Positions 23,760-36,372 of a DNA stretch of 64,000 bases are shown piece by piece; position 1 is the first letter of the stretch, and the number at the start of each line of letters is the position of its first letter. The stretch is from the NCBI GenBank assembly GCA_011109175.1, contig RDEW01000036.1, forward strand, positions 547,281-611,280, given 5' to 3'. The notes beneath the pieces were generated by a model that made no database searches, was not told the DNA's origin, and was given only the letters and a program-made list of their open reading frames with translations. This DNA is from Dicyema japonicum (lineage: Eukaryota > Animalia > Dicyemida). The position numbers and the translations under genes are program-made.

Positions 23760-26012
23760 ATGACCTCCTCGAACGGTTCTATATAAGTGGCTTTGAGTCT
23801 TTTCGTATCTGTGATGTTTTGAAGTATTTGATCAAGATCTCGTAAGGGGACTGCGTGGTTGGTTGATAGTTTTAAGAAGTTTTTGTTGTCGTTCGAGTAA
23901 AAGTGCTCAAAGGGTCATAGACTCAATATTAGGACCAATGACTGTTTATGCCTCCCTGGATTGGGTTACTTATGCAGGGAAAATGGGAAATGATCGTTGG
24001 CCTCGATGCACTCGCGTAGGTCGATATTGACTGGATAAACTGGTGGTGGACTGTGAAGAGGTATCCAACGTTGCTTCCAAGAGTTTTTGAAGTGATCATT
24101 CTCTTTATTGGCGAAGGAAAGTTCCAGGTCAAGCATGACTTCAAGGATGTCTGGCGTGGTGACTTGAATAATCGTGTTCTTAAGGGGAATGTCGTAGTCC
24201 TTCATATATAGTTAATAAAGTTACAGAGGACTTGGTTGGAATAACTTTAAGTTTTATTTGAGCAACCCGTGGGAACAGAGAGTCAATCACTTCGTGTACT
24301 GCTTGATAATCCATCTCCTGGCAGTGATAACAATATCATCCCCCATGTGGTTTTCGTTAGTGGGATGTTGCATATCATGGATAAATTGGTTAATAAGCTC
24401 CTTAGACGTGTCTTTGATAGCATTTTGTCAGATATTACTTGGTCTCCTCCCCCGCTCATGAAGTTATCACCCAGTTTTAAATTCGGATGAACAATCGTGT
24501 CTAATATTGTTTTGGAAGTATTTTCTTTATTATATCGACACGGGGACAGATACTATATGTGGCTTTAGTGCGTCGAATCCCCCAGTCAAAAAGTAGAACA
24601 AATGGCCTGAAACTGGATAGTTGGATACTTTCTCTGTATGTTCGAGTACTATTCTATCAAGGATTCGGAAGAGGGAACATAGGAAGGATATTGAATAAAA
24701 GAAGTATATTTTGTTAATAGGTTTGTTCTGTTCGCTTAGTGGCTGATTATTCAACATTTCTGGAGTGGCATTCCTGTTGATTATATGTTGAATCTGAGAG
24801 CTTTTTGTTATAACGTTTGAGGACCGATGTGGTTCAGCTTAATGGCAGTGGAATCCGGACCTTTGACTTCGGAGTTCCGGGACATATAACCGTGGAGTCA
24901 CCGAGAAGGACTAAATATAGTCAAATAGTAGGTGACCCCAGTTTTCACAATTAACAGAACCATCTGTGGTCCACCATCGCACCCACCACTGCCTGAAAGT
25001 GCCTCCTCTCGTAGGAGATCGATTGGGAAGATAACTTATGGGCGGCGAAAAAGATAGGAGAACCGCCTTTTTTTCAAAAGTGGAAAAAATCTGAGTTGTA
25101 GCTCCTGTAAGTGGGGATCAATCCATAAATTTTCATTGTCTTCCACGGAGGAGTGGGTAAATAGACACAATACGGAGATACTGTCAATTACCGTATCTCC
25201 AGTTGGTTCGTGATAATTGTTGTGTGGTTTATTGGTTTTTTGGCATAAAAATCATTTTTCCGACAATCACACGAGAAGTGGTTTTAATTTGCTTTGATAC
25301 TACAAAAAGCAAATTGGGGTAGATGCCACAAAGAGGGTCTTCACGACATACCAAAGACACACTTCCACCAATAGGTGAGGTAGTTAGTTACTTTGCAGGG
25401 TTCGAATCAAAATTAGCCAATTTGAACAAGGATCACACATTTTTTGTGGGGGATGAAGAGTATGCAGCTCCACCAAGTATTTCTAACCTGAGTAGTTCAA
25501 AATCATCAAAGAAAATCCCCTCCATAAGAAAAAGAATAAATTTTTTTGCATCCTTCGCATCCTGGTTTCCCAAATCAAAGAAATCTCAGACCAAAAGAGA
25601 ACTCCCAGAATGCGAGAAGTACCACCCCACGTGACTAAACATTTGAGATTTATAGTATTCTGAGTCAAATTGAACATAAAACCAGGATCCCAAGCTACTG
25701 CAAGCAACAATTCACGATGCCTAATTGGGGGAAGATACCCCAATCCGAACTCGAGTCCCCCCAATATTTGATGTGCTGTGGTTGCTCTCACAAGTAAGCA
25801 TTCTTCATGATCTTGTAGATTCAACAATATATCGAGGAGACCTTATCGTCTATTTTGCTTCCACAACATGTGCGAGCTCTGCATTCTTGAGCAACTGAAA
25901 TCCTCAATGTGGGTGATTGAGTGTGGGAGTTGTGGTTATGAGACGGAACTGCCAATTGCATATCGAATGCAATACCTGAGACTAAATGTTGAAGTTTTGG
26001 ATAAAATTTCAA
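23760..26012 (-). CDS. Probable multi-exon host gene, unidentified (bounds approximate)
   Basis: Chain of open segments joined by plausible 23-30-nt GT-AG introns (e.g. AWDP|EYYKSQMF, SLL|DAKDAKKFILF); no family recognised. Confidence 0.4.
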
Positions 26013-26115
26013 ATAATAATATTTATTAATTAAACTTTTATTTATTATTTAAATTTATGTTACATTGTTAACCACAAAGTAAAGATTCAATTATCCAAGT
26101 TGTTAATTGGTCTGA

Positions 26116-28336
26116 TGATAAATAGTGACCATAAAATGGTTATTGGCAAGTTCTCCTTGAAGAAATACTACATTGGCAGGAAGAACCTAAGTCTAAGCAA
26201 AACGCTACCACCTTACCATACCCATGTATATATGACTGAGAAGCTCTGGTCTCAGCCGCTGCTGGTGACAAACTACCAAAAACATATAGAGAACCACCTA
26301 TATACATTACCAGCTAATATGACTATACAAGACCTATGGGATCAGACCAAAAGCATTATTTGCCTTGCCGCAAACACCCACCTTGGAGTGAGACGGCAGA
26401 CAACCGGAAATATGTCACTTGGCCATCCAGACTCCTTATTACTGGCAAAACAACAACGAGAAATATGGATACAGAGTCTAAACACGACGGATATACATAT
26501 CAAAAACAAACTACGAACTGAACGAAATATTATCAAGAGAAGAATCATGAAGCTTAATAATGAACACTCGAAGGATGTCTTCCTATCACATCTTAGAGAG
26601 CTGGAGCAACTAAAGGACAATGCACAAATGTTCGCTGCAGTCCGACTAATGCGAGGAAAGAAAAAAGCGACAGTACATGTTATGGATGGGAAGGGGAAAC
26701 TTATCTTAAAACCAGACGAACAGATCGAATTGATTGCTGCCCATTTTGAAAAACTGTTCAATGCGAACGGCCAAGAACTGGCCCCTTTCATCGGAGAACC
26801 GCGGATGCTGGAAACAATTATCACATCTAAGGAAGTTCAGAGTGCGTGCAGTAAGCTAAAGAATCACAGGAGCGCTGGACCAGACAACATCCCTCCCGAA
26901 CTGCTGAAATATGGACCTATGCGTCTATTCGAAACCATTGCGACATTGTTAAATGGAATGTTTACATCCAACTCTGTCCTACCACTGGGGAAAGGGACAT
27001 TGATACCTATACAAAAGCCTAACAAACCAAAGGGACCACTAGAAAGCCTACGCCCAGTCATATTGTTAAACACATTACGAAAAGTTCTTGCATCTGTTGC
27101 TTTGGACCGCTTAAAACATCCTGCAGGAAATTACCTATCAGCATGCCATAGTGGATTTCGTGAAGGAAGGTCGACAGCGGACATTCTGTGGAGCCACAGG
27201 TGGCGGTGTGCAACGGCTCAAAGATACAAAAATGCCACGACCATCCTGGGGATCGATATGTCAAGAGCTTTCGACACCATTAGCCGACACAAGCTAATGG
27301 TTGTCCTTCATCAATTTGTGGACCAATCATTGCTACGGATAATCAGAGTACTTCTCTCAAGTACTGAACTGTCAGTCCGAATTGGGAGAACTCTATCCCG
27401 ACCATTCAAAACTACAATCGGCACTCCTCAGGGAGACTCCTCTCTCCCTTGCTATTTGTGATTTATCTCGAAGCCGCACTACGTGATCTAAGAACATGCT
27501 ATCAAGGAAAAATATATGAAGTCGTTTATGCAGATGACGTGGACTTTATATCCGAGGATACAGAAGCCCTCACACATCTGCTGGAAAATGCACCGGACAA
27601 ACTGGGGGAATGGTTCCTCATCGTTAACAGGGCCAAAACGGAAATCACGGAAATCAAAAGAATGGACAACATCCTTAATGAACGTTGGCGACATGTTAAT
27701 AAGCTTGGATCCCTACTGGGGGACACAGAAGACATCATCAAAAGGAAAACACTTGCAGGAGTAGCAATGCGAAAACTCAAAAAGGGATGGCTGAAAGGAC
27801 TAGATGTCAATCTGCGGATACGCATGTACAATGCATTTGTGAAACCGATACTGACATACAATGCTGGTACTTGGGCCTGTACAGGTGCGGAATCAATGGC
27901 TCTCGATGGGTTCCACAGAAAACAGCTTAGAGTATTATTTGGCATGCAGTGGCCGGCCAGAATCTCGAATACCGGTATTTACAAAAAATGCAAGAGTAGG
28001 CCTCTAAGCCTGGAAATCACTGACGCCCGGTGGAGACTGTTTGGTCACGTACTACGCATGGATCTTGCTGCCCCGGCTAATGTGGCGATGGAGGACCATT
28101 TCATGTTCGAGGGCAAATGCTTCCGTGGCAGACCAAGAATGACCCTACCTATCATGCTGCACAAAGACCTCCAAAGGATAAAGAAATGCCTAAAGACGGG
28201 AGACGATCTGGACATGCTGAGATCGACTGCGTGTAACCGTGGAGGATGGAAGAGGCTAACTAATAACATTGTTTCTTGTATTGCACATGCTTTGCTATAA
28301 CTATTATGGCAAGGCGATAAGTGCTGTAATAATAAA
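26116..28336 (+). mobile_element. RTE-clade LINE, 5'-truncated, nearly intact RT
   Basis: SAGPDNIPPELLK, RPVILLN, SGFREGRS, GIDMSRAFD, GTPQGDS, YADDVD, C-terminal RTE tail, (TAA)n end; 12-bp TSD TAATTGGTCTGA (26104-26115, 28337-28348); single frameshift at a C run. Confidence 0.95.
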
Positions 28337-28811
28337 TAATTGGTCTGAGGGTGGAGGCGCTCTCGTACCTATTGCACAAAATTTTCACTTAGCTTCTTGA
28401 TTTTTTGAACCGTTAGCTACGGTTGTTCAATGTTGTTTTATCGTATCACTAACGACGAAGGTTATGGACAGAAAATTAACAGTCTTCTTTTGTTCGAGAA
28501 TTTGAGTGAGGGAATTGAACCTGTGTTTGGGTCTTCCTTAAATAAGACGAACTAAAAACAACTATTCAATTACTACGTTACTAATGCAATCCCGCTATGC
28601 TTGGGTCATTACAAATGTCATTCTTAACTTGCTCCTCTCCGTTCCCATAGCTCATCCAGTCCTTATCTTCTCTAAAGTGTTACCCAATATTTTAGAGATC
28701 CCCGTCCATGACCATCGGGAGGAAAGAGTAGTTGTCTATGGACACATGGCTTCATTCGTCGTTGTTATAAAAAATATAAGTAAAATTATTTTAAGACAAA
28801 ATGGGCAAAAA

Positions 28812-29391
28812 TTACTCTGTTTTGTAATGAGGATACAAATTATAATTTGGGGGGAAACAATTATAATGGGGGACGAACTGTTCACTCTCAACAGTTTCCT
28901 GCTTAACAGAACCTTCCACTTCAGGACAATCCGGATAAGAGGACATTTTTCGAATATTTTTAATAATTTTACACGTCAAACAGTTCGAAGGGAGATTCTC
29001 CTCACTGCAGATGAGGTTCTCCATTAACTTATTTCTCACCTCCCAGGCATATATCCCAGGATCGTCTTCCAAATAGCATTTTACGGCCTATAATTTACGG
29101 AATGGTTTACTTCAATGACGTTGGGAGTTATTTTTTGACATTTACTTCCACCCGAAGCTTTAGGTAGTATCGACCCCGTTTCAATCCACGTTTTGATTAT
29201 TTTGTTAATACATGCGTGAGAAATTTGCATCATTTTGCTTATTTTGGACCGTTTATAGCCCAGGGAGTAGTAATCTATGATTTGCCGTCTTTTAAATAAT
29301 TCCAGTGGTCTCCCACTTCTGTAAATTCCTCCGAGTTGATTCACTCTGAAGTCACTTTGGTCTATTTTACTAATATCGAAGACTTACCCAT
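28812..29391 (-). CDS. Divergent paired-box transcription factor, most like Pax1/9 (176 aa, no homeodomain)
   Basis: MDQSDFRVNQLGGIYRSGRPL...ISHACINKII...ETGSILP..GGSK...DPGIYAWEVR; introns 29362-29387 (26 nt) and 29088-29110 (23 nt) restore one frame. Confidence 0.9.
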
Positions 29392-29989
29392 CCTTAGATT
29401 ACTCTTCGTAAAAGTTGTAACTTTTAAATAAAATTTTGACGATTGCATTGAATGTACTCAAGTGTGTTAGTCGACACGGTTTGCACATTCATTGAACAAT
29501 TGAACTTTTTAATTGAAATTTATTATTCGATGTAATGACCCACATGTTGTACATTCACTGGTTTAACAGTTTGTCTCCACCACCATTTTTTATATTATGT
29601 CTCCTTCGCTGCCTTCCTAAAGAATTCTCTAATAATGTCCTAGTCTACTTTAAAACACTTTCATAGTCACGTCTTCAGCTCTACCACCTTAATACAGTGT
29701 CAGAGATATTCCCCCAGATCTTAAAGACTCTATAACTCATATCCTCAGTTCTATCATTCTAAACCATTTTCTGAGTCATGTTCTCGGCTCTGACACATTA
29801 AAACTATCTCAGAGAAATGTCCTTACCTTTACATCTTAAAAACTTTAATAGCAGCGTAAATATCTTTCAAGACACTATGAAAGCTACGAATCTTCTAGAT
29901 GACCCTACAAACGAACTCTCAGCAAGTAAAGTCCCCTAAAGGACAATTGATAAATATTGCACAAGTTAGTAATGGATGACATAACAACG

Positions 29990-30726
29990 AATATATAGAC
30001 ACAGTGACCGATATGCCACAATGGAGTACGCTGCAACTGAGGACATGTGCATCTACGCATTCCAGAGGATGATCAAGAATTTTGGACTACTTGTTGGGGG
30101 ATTCCAATTCAGTGAAAGGATAAAAAACGAGTTAATGAAAATTCACAGGTGATCCCTCGGTATAAAACTGGCAGTCGATGCATCATAACTATATACCATG
30201 AAAATGACACCATAAAATCGTCAGCAGGGACATTTCTCGGCACCGACAACCTCTCTGACGTCATCAAAATATCAGTGGACTTGGCGTACTTGTGACCCTA
30301 ATCGATAGAATGTTCAACAATATGTACAGTTCCATTAAAAGTGAAGAACTAAAGACAATAAAGTGTCAGGCATCCATCCCATACGATGTGCAAGAGATTA
30401 AGGGCGGCTATAAATTCGTGGAGAACACTGGGATCTACTTCCAGGTCATTCTAAACGGCAAATTTATCGACCACATCCTGTTTCCTAGGCAGATTAATAG
30501 TTTGTGTGATTATTCTATTTGAGAGTTCATGAACATTGAGGACATTAAGGAATTAATTACAGATAAGCTGACTATTACTTTGGATGAATCCGTATTGAGT
30601 TCCTTCATAAAGTACATTAAACGATTCAGATTGAGTTCGAGGACAATGGAATTTAAACATTTTAAAAAATATTGTAACAGTAATGAATGTGGGAAAACCA
30701 ATAGTAGATTCTCTCTGATTAAATAA
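29990..30726 (+). CDS. Probable multi-exon host gene, unidentified (5' bound unknown)
   Basis: Long open frames joined by 23- and 24-nt GT-AG introns (SVDLA|MFNN, RQIN|KFMNIED), ending ...SRFSLIK*. Confidence 0.45.
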
Positions 30727-31959
30727 AATTATGTTTTACTTAATATTTCTCGTTATTTCTAGAACATTCGAGAAGTAATAATAATTAAATAATTATTTGG
30801 TTACTAAGACCTAACTATAGTCCTGAAAAATCCCTTTTTTAGATCAGGCAAAAGACACAACATGGAAGGAGAAAAAATACGAAACGTTGCAAGATCATCG
30901 TAGTTGAGACAACTGGAGGAAAATAATCGTAGTTGATACAAATAAGTTGGAAATCGCTTCGTTTCCTAAAGAAACTTGGACACCTAGCTTCACTAAAAAG
31001 CCACGACTCACGTGAGATTCAGTGGGTTCTCCAGCTGATCTCTGTTGCGATAGCGAAAGACAACTCAACCTCGATTATGTCGGCGAGGACAAATTTTAAT
31101 TGATTTTTGTGTTTTTGAAAATAAATATATTAATTTTTTAATTTAATAAAATAATTTTTTAACAAAGAAACAAATGTCAGTTGAAAAAGCCGGCTGCTTG
31201 GATTGCAAACGAATATTTTAATTAAAAAAATTCTTACAGAAATTGAATTTAAACGATAGTCTTTTTTTACAAAATGTCTTGGAAAGGCGTTTCCGACGTG
31301 ACAAATAGGAATTGTTTCGAGATTTAAATAACTCAAATAACGAAAATCTGTATTTTGATATTTCTAATACAACATCTGAAGAAAAGAAATTTTTGATCCT
31401 CTTAAAGTTGAAGATTCTTTAAATATTGAATACACTGATAATGAAGATGAAATACTTTAGAAGATTCACAAAATAGTGAACAAAAATCTGAAAAATAAGA
31501 CCTGTAAACAAAAAAGATATTGTTGTTAGATTAACTTAAAGAAGGAACTCTTTCTAATGCTGAGAATGATCATAAAGTTTTTCTAATTTCTTAATAAGAA
31601 GCAAGTATGACTGAAGCAAAGAAAAACATTAAGAATTATGTTTATTTTAATAAAACTTAATACGTTTTTGGTTATTAAAAAACAATTTATTACGTATGAG
31701 ACTAGACTACTTTTGTAATATCGAAAACCTGAATACAATAATAGAATATATTAACTAAAGTTCAAACAGGAGTCACCAATTCTAACCATTGTCTCAACGA
31801 GTCTGACAAAACAACAGATAAACAGGAAATATCCCTCAGCACAATATAAAACGGGAATGGGAACTCATCCATATAATTCAGTATCCTAAGGGAACCATCC
31901 TCCTCAAACACTGGCACTTAATATCAAATTCAGAGTCCTACAACAAGTAATAACATTTA

Positions 31960-32702
31960 CATTATTCTCCTCAGAATCTAAGGCTATAAAAATACAATTT
32001 TTGAATATGCTAGCTGCGTCTTCTACGGTGGAGTAAGTTTTTCCTGTCATCTCTCAAGACAATTTCCCCTTCTGACCAGACTTATTTTGGGTAGATGCCA
32101 ATTTCGATAAAATTTTCTGTTTTTTATGGAATAAATTTATTAGTGTATTCACATATATATCGATTTCGTAGATCAAAACTATTTTTCAAACTCTATAATT
32201 AATGCATGCAAAAAAAACTCAAAATAGTTCAGGTCAAGTTACCTTTGGCATAAATTTCAAACACTTTTGAATAGAAGGAAGTAAAACAATATCCAATATC
32301 CGGAAACAAGTTTTGTAAGCATTGATCTTAGAGTCGGTAGATGGAATGAGAAAATAAGATATTTTTACAGTGCACCTTTGAAATGGTAATAAAAATGATA
32401 GACCTGTTAATTTTAAATGTTTATTATACGAAAGATTTAAAAACGCTGTGATAGAAAATTCACCAGGATATTTTCTAATAACAGTCTTACCTTTTCAATG
32501 ACCTTCCTTATTTGAATACGGCATAACAGTTGACGACACGTTAGTATTTTATTCAAAAACTCTAAAAATTAATAAATAAAAAATAAAAATCAATAAAAAT
32601 TTTGAACTTTTTTAACTTTATTTGATTAAAAAATCACATTTTTGTTTTAAGCAACTTTAAAGAACATATGAATTTTTGACTTTATTGACAAAAATCGCCC
32701 AA
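31960..32702 (-). mobile_element. CGGBP1-like hAT remnant, 5' portion
   Basis: Terminus GACTTTATTGACAAAAATCGCCC; IRKYPGEFSIT segment homologous to the 13.6-kb copy. Confidence 0.55.
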
Positions 32703-34074
32703 ATTATCACCTGAGGCCTCCATACACTGCTGTATTCTCTCTCCACAGACTCATTAATATTCCAACCAAAGTCAGTCAAATCGACTGCATTTTTAGCAAA
32801 TATGTCAGAATTAAATTTTTTATTTTCAGTTCTCTATCACTCTGTTCAGGTGGTTTATAATCACTCAAGGGGGACGTGTTCTCAAGACTTTATGGTCATA
32901 TTCTCACATAAATGTCCATTCTTTGTTTTTCTACAACTTCCTCACAGTCCTCATTAGGATATAATAATCGACAATGACTACCCGTTATAACTGAAAAGGT
33001 TTCCTCATTGAATTGAACACATTCGTCCATTTTAGTTGCAAATTTAATCATTTGACGATCATTCTTATCAGTTTGATCATTTTTGTGCACGTGCTGATAG
33101 TCTTTCAAGAGATTTGTCTGCTTTATCAAGAAAAATATACAGGATTTTGATGAGGACCAATATCTGAGACTCTTTCTTCGTCAGTAATTGGTCGTCGACC
33201 TCATCCTTAAAGAGATTTTGTCTTTCCTATTTTGGATTGAAATTTCCCGCCAATTTATTCGTCCCCGATGGGTTTCCAGACTCAATGGAAGAGATATTGG
33301 GAGTCGAACTGAAGTAACCCTCATAGTCACACTCATAAATGTGGCCGCATTAATATTTATAGTCTTAATTTATTAAATTTGTTTGAAAATAATTATAATC
33401 TCATCACTAGGACGTTCTATGGTTGAGGTCTCTGCTACATAATTGACATAAATAATATAGGACTTTTACTTGGCGTTAGGAGGAAGCTGAGCACTCTGAT
33501 GGTATTTCTCCACTCTAAAGTGGAAGCCTAGAGGAGAAGATTAAGGTGAGTTACTTTTGGTTTAATGTGTCCCGGGAACGCCTTGTAGCTATCCAATGCT
33601 ACAGCTGTTAAAGATTTAATCTCACAAACTCCCACTACACGTCGCAAGAGAAGTGCCCATTTTGCGGGGGCGCTCACTCGAAGGAAGGTATGTCAGTTCA
33701 ATACTGACGGGTACGTAAATGGAGGGAGTGAGAGATCCAGACAAGCTACGTAAATTTCCCCTCGACTTCAAGTAGGTGCTAATGCACTTGACTTTTTATG
33801 TGGTGAGTGATGATGTAACACCATCATACAAAGCTACCGTAGCAGTACTACTTTTCATGACTCAGAGATATGTCTTCTACAGAAAGGCATGACAGTGTTA
33901 ACATTGGATGTTTGGACCATATATGAGGAAAATAAAATTATAGTGTACCGTTGAACTAACTTTCATTATTATCTATGGTGGACAGATTTTTATCAGATTC
34001 TCGCTCTTTCTATCACAATCTTAGTTTTTATCGGAATCTTAATTTCAAAAAATAATTTTTGGTTATGAAATAAA

Positions 34075-34320
34075 AAATTCCAAAGACCATGGTAACACCA
34101 CTACTCATGTGATTCCGGGACGCTCCAACAGAGACCTCAACTTGGCACGATGTTCATCCCTCGAGCTCACACAAACACGTCTCGGGCGTACAGCTGGATG
34201 CTCGTAGTCGCATAGGTTCATGCGGATTAGGAAATGTAGAGGTCTTGGAGAGGGGACCTTTCCAGAAGTGGAGTTATTCTTGATAGAGTTTTGATAAGAT
34301 ATGAATCTGACCACAAATAA
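34075..34320 (-). mobile_element. 3' end of an I/Jockey-like LINE
   Basis: Ends GGAATCACATGA...GGTCTTTGGAATTTTTTATTT; the same signature occurs at ~16800-16850 (+), ~23545-23600 (-) and ~40890-40930 (+). Confidence 0.55.
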
Positions 34321-34923
34321 AAATTGGATAATTCAAATCAATTTTCCACCAGTCGCAGACGAAACGTCCGCTTGCATTGTACCTCGACACTCAAATTCCT
34401 GTGTCGACTAGGGAATCGGATTTCGACATGCACTGGAGATCACCTTGAGCGCTGCTAGCTATTAGAGCGAATCTCACTCACAATCCTGAGAGGGATAAGC
34501 ACGCAGTCATGGCACGACTGACATATGGTCCTAGAATTGATTCTTAACGATTAAAGTGTTTAATATCAAATTTCGACATTCCTAACTCAGCCTTGCTATC
34601 ACATGGGTCATTCTTACCTTTATTTATTAACCATATAACATTTATAAAAACCAATACTGGGGAAGATACACAAACAGGAGGCATACAAGTCTACGATTCA
34701 TAATATTCTTAACAGATGTAAATTCTCGCCTCCCTTTTTCGTGTCCATGGACGAAATAAAGGAAAGGAGACTTGGATACACTAAGTTTTGAATTAAATAT
34801 GTCGGATACTCTCCGTGTTCGACACCTGCTGCCATAAAAATAGATTTTGATATTTCATCAGAATTGCATAATTGATTACATAAGTGGCGCATATATAAAT
34901 AAAGAAATTACGCAAATCACAAA

Positions 34924-35193
34924 ATGTGTCCAGAAATCAGACAAATTACGGATGATGATATCTTTGAACTAGAAAATGACCCCTCAGTCGCTGCTGTCCT
35001 CGATAATTTGGATAGTCTACTGCCAGCACGTGAGGACAGCCATACAAGAAGTGTTGACATGATTTTGGTGGATAGTTTAAATTATATTGGATATCTACAA
35101 AGTGAAACTTTCGATAGACTATGTGACCTGGAGGGGATGCATGAAAGAGACATGGGAAATTCCTTTGACCCAACAAATAATGGGAATCAGTAG
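34924..35193 (+). CDS. Id/Extramacrochaetae-like HLH protein lacking a basic region (89 aa)
   Basis: VAAVLDNLDSLLP.......SVDMILVDSLNYIGYLQ fits the helix-loop-helix pattern L..L..LLP...S...IL...I.YI..LQ, preceded by an acidic stretch. Confidence 0.55.
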   Translation: MCPEIRQITDDDIFELENDPSVAAVLDNLDSLLPAREDSHTRSVDMILVDSLNYIGYLQSETFDRLCDLEGMHERDMGNSFDPTNNGNQ

Positions 35194-35662
35194 ATTTTGA
35201 TTTTTTTTCATTTTTCAACTTTATTCTTTAATTGTGTTTCTTCTGACAATAGCCATTGAGATACTATCTCGAAGCCACCCAGTCTCACTCAGTTCCTTGG
35301 TAGCACTTTGGATCATTAAGTCGATCCGACGGACTTTAATTTCTCTAAACTGTGGATGCTGGTGATACATGCAAGTCATCTTTATATAATTCTTACATTC
35401 TATCCATGTACTTTCTAATAGCACCAATGCTTGCTCACACAGCTTGCTACCCCCTGTAGTGGGGTTCTCCCTTGTCGATTATCAATTTGTCTTTTTTGGT
35501 CAACATAAATCAGTCTCTTCCTTATCAAGAGGTTTTTAAGTATCAACGGATTCTATAAATCAGTCTTTAGTCATCTATCCCGTATTTATAATTCCAAAAT
35601 CATTAATTTTTCCAATAAGTAGTTAATTTACAAAAAATAGTAAATAATGAAATATACTAGTG

Positions 35663-35980
35663 GGGCCTCAAAATAAAGTGGTTGATTTATTGACTTATGT
35701 GGAACGAGTGTCGGGAAACAGGCCTGATGGTCCCTAGATCGAATCTCGCTGAGGCACATTTCGACTGAAGGTTCCACGCATCTACGATGCTTTGGCTTGA
35801 AGAGTGCTATGAACATTTTTATGCGGAATCAGATTGTCTATAAAGGCATACCAACAAAAAGAAGCATTCTTGGTTCTCCCTCTACGATTAGTTATAATAA
35901 CTGTTCTTTACTTAAAGTGTGTGTTCTGCCTGAGGGGAGTTATAGGTAATATGGCTCTGCGTAAAAGTGCAGAATTATTA
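35663..35980 (+). mobile_element. Diverged copy of the tRNA-derived SINE
   Basis: Shares gaaggttccacgcatctacgatgc, ctacgattagtt..aactgttctttacttaaa and the 3' tail with the 20-kb copy; degenerate A and B boxes. Confidence 0.75.
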
Positions 35981-36372
35981 AATGGAAATACTGGTGGAAT
36001 AATATCTATAAAATTGATTTTATCTTTCACATAAACCCTAATCTTATCTTTTATCATCAGTGAGACAGTCTCTAGTGGGGCCATAGACATATTAAAGGAG
36101 GGAATTGGTGTAGTATCTTTAGCTTCATACGGAGGACCCATAACAATAATATTCCTCCTGGTTTTCCTGTCTTCTACAGCACTTCTTCCGGTTTCATGCT
36201 TCAGGTGCACATATAAACGGATCGCAGGCTGAATCAGTATCATGCGTGAATCAGCAAGTTTGTACACGTCTATAAGTCTGGATCTCCAAAGATCTCTGAT
36301 ACACAATGAGACTGGTGATATAAAGTCATAACGTGATCGACATCGCCTTGCATGCCTTGCTTCTGTATAGAT

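Noticed and set aside
29081-29344. Paired-like domain of a Tc1 transposase
   Set aside because: Both PAI and RED subdomains are present with two spliceosomal introns, and there is no DDE domain or TIR.
34320-34620. GC-richer multi-hairpin stretch as an ncRNA
   Set aside because: Single copy, no known motif, and contiguous with a decayed LINE 3' end whose ORF remnant probably explains it.
35908-36306. 132-aa ORF as a gene or Tc1 fragment
   Set aside because: Its 3' end is antisense SINE sequence and the transposase resemblance is too weak.
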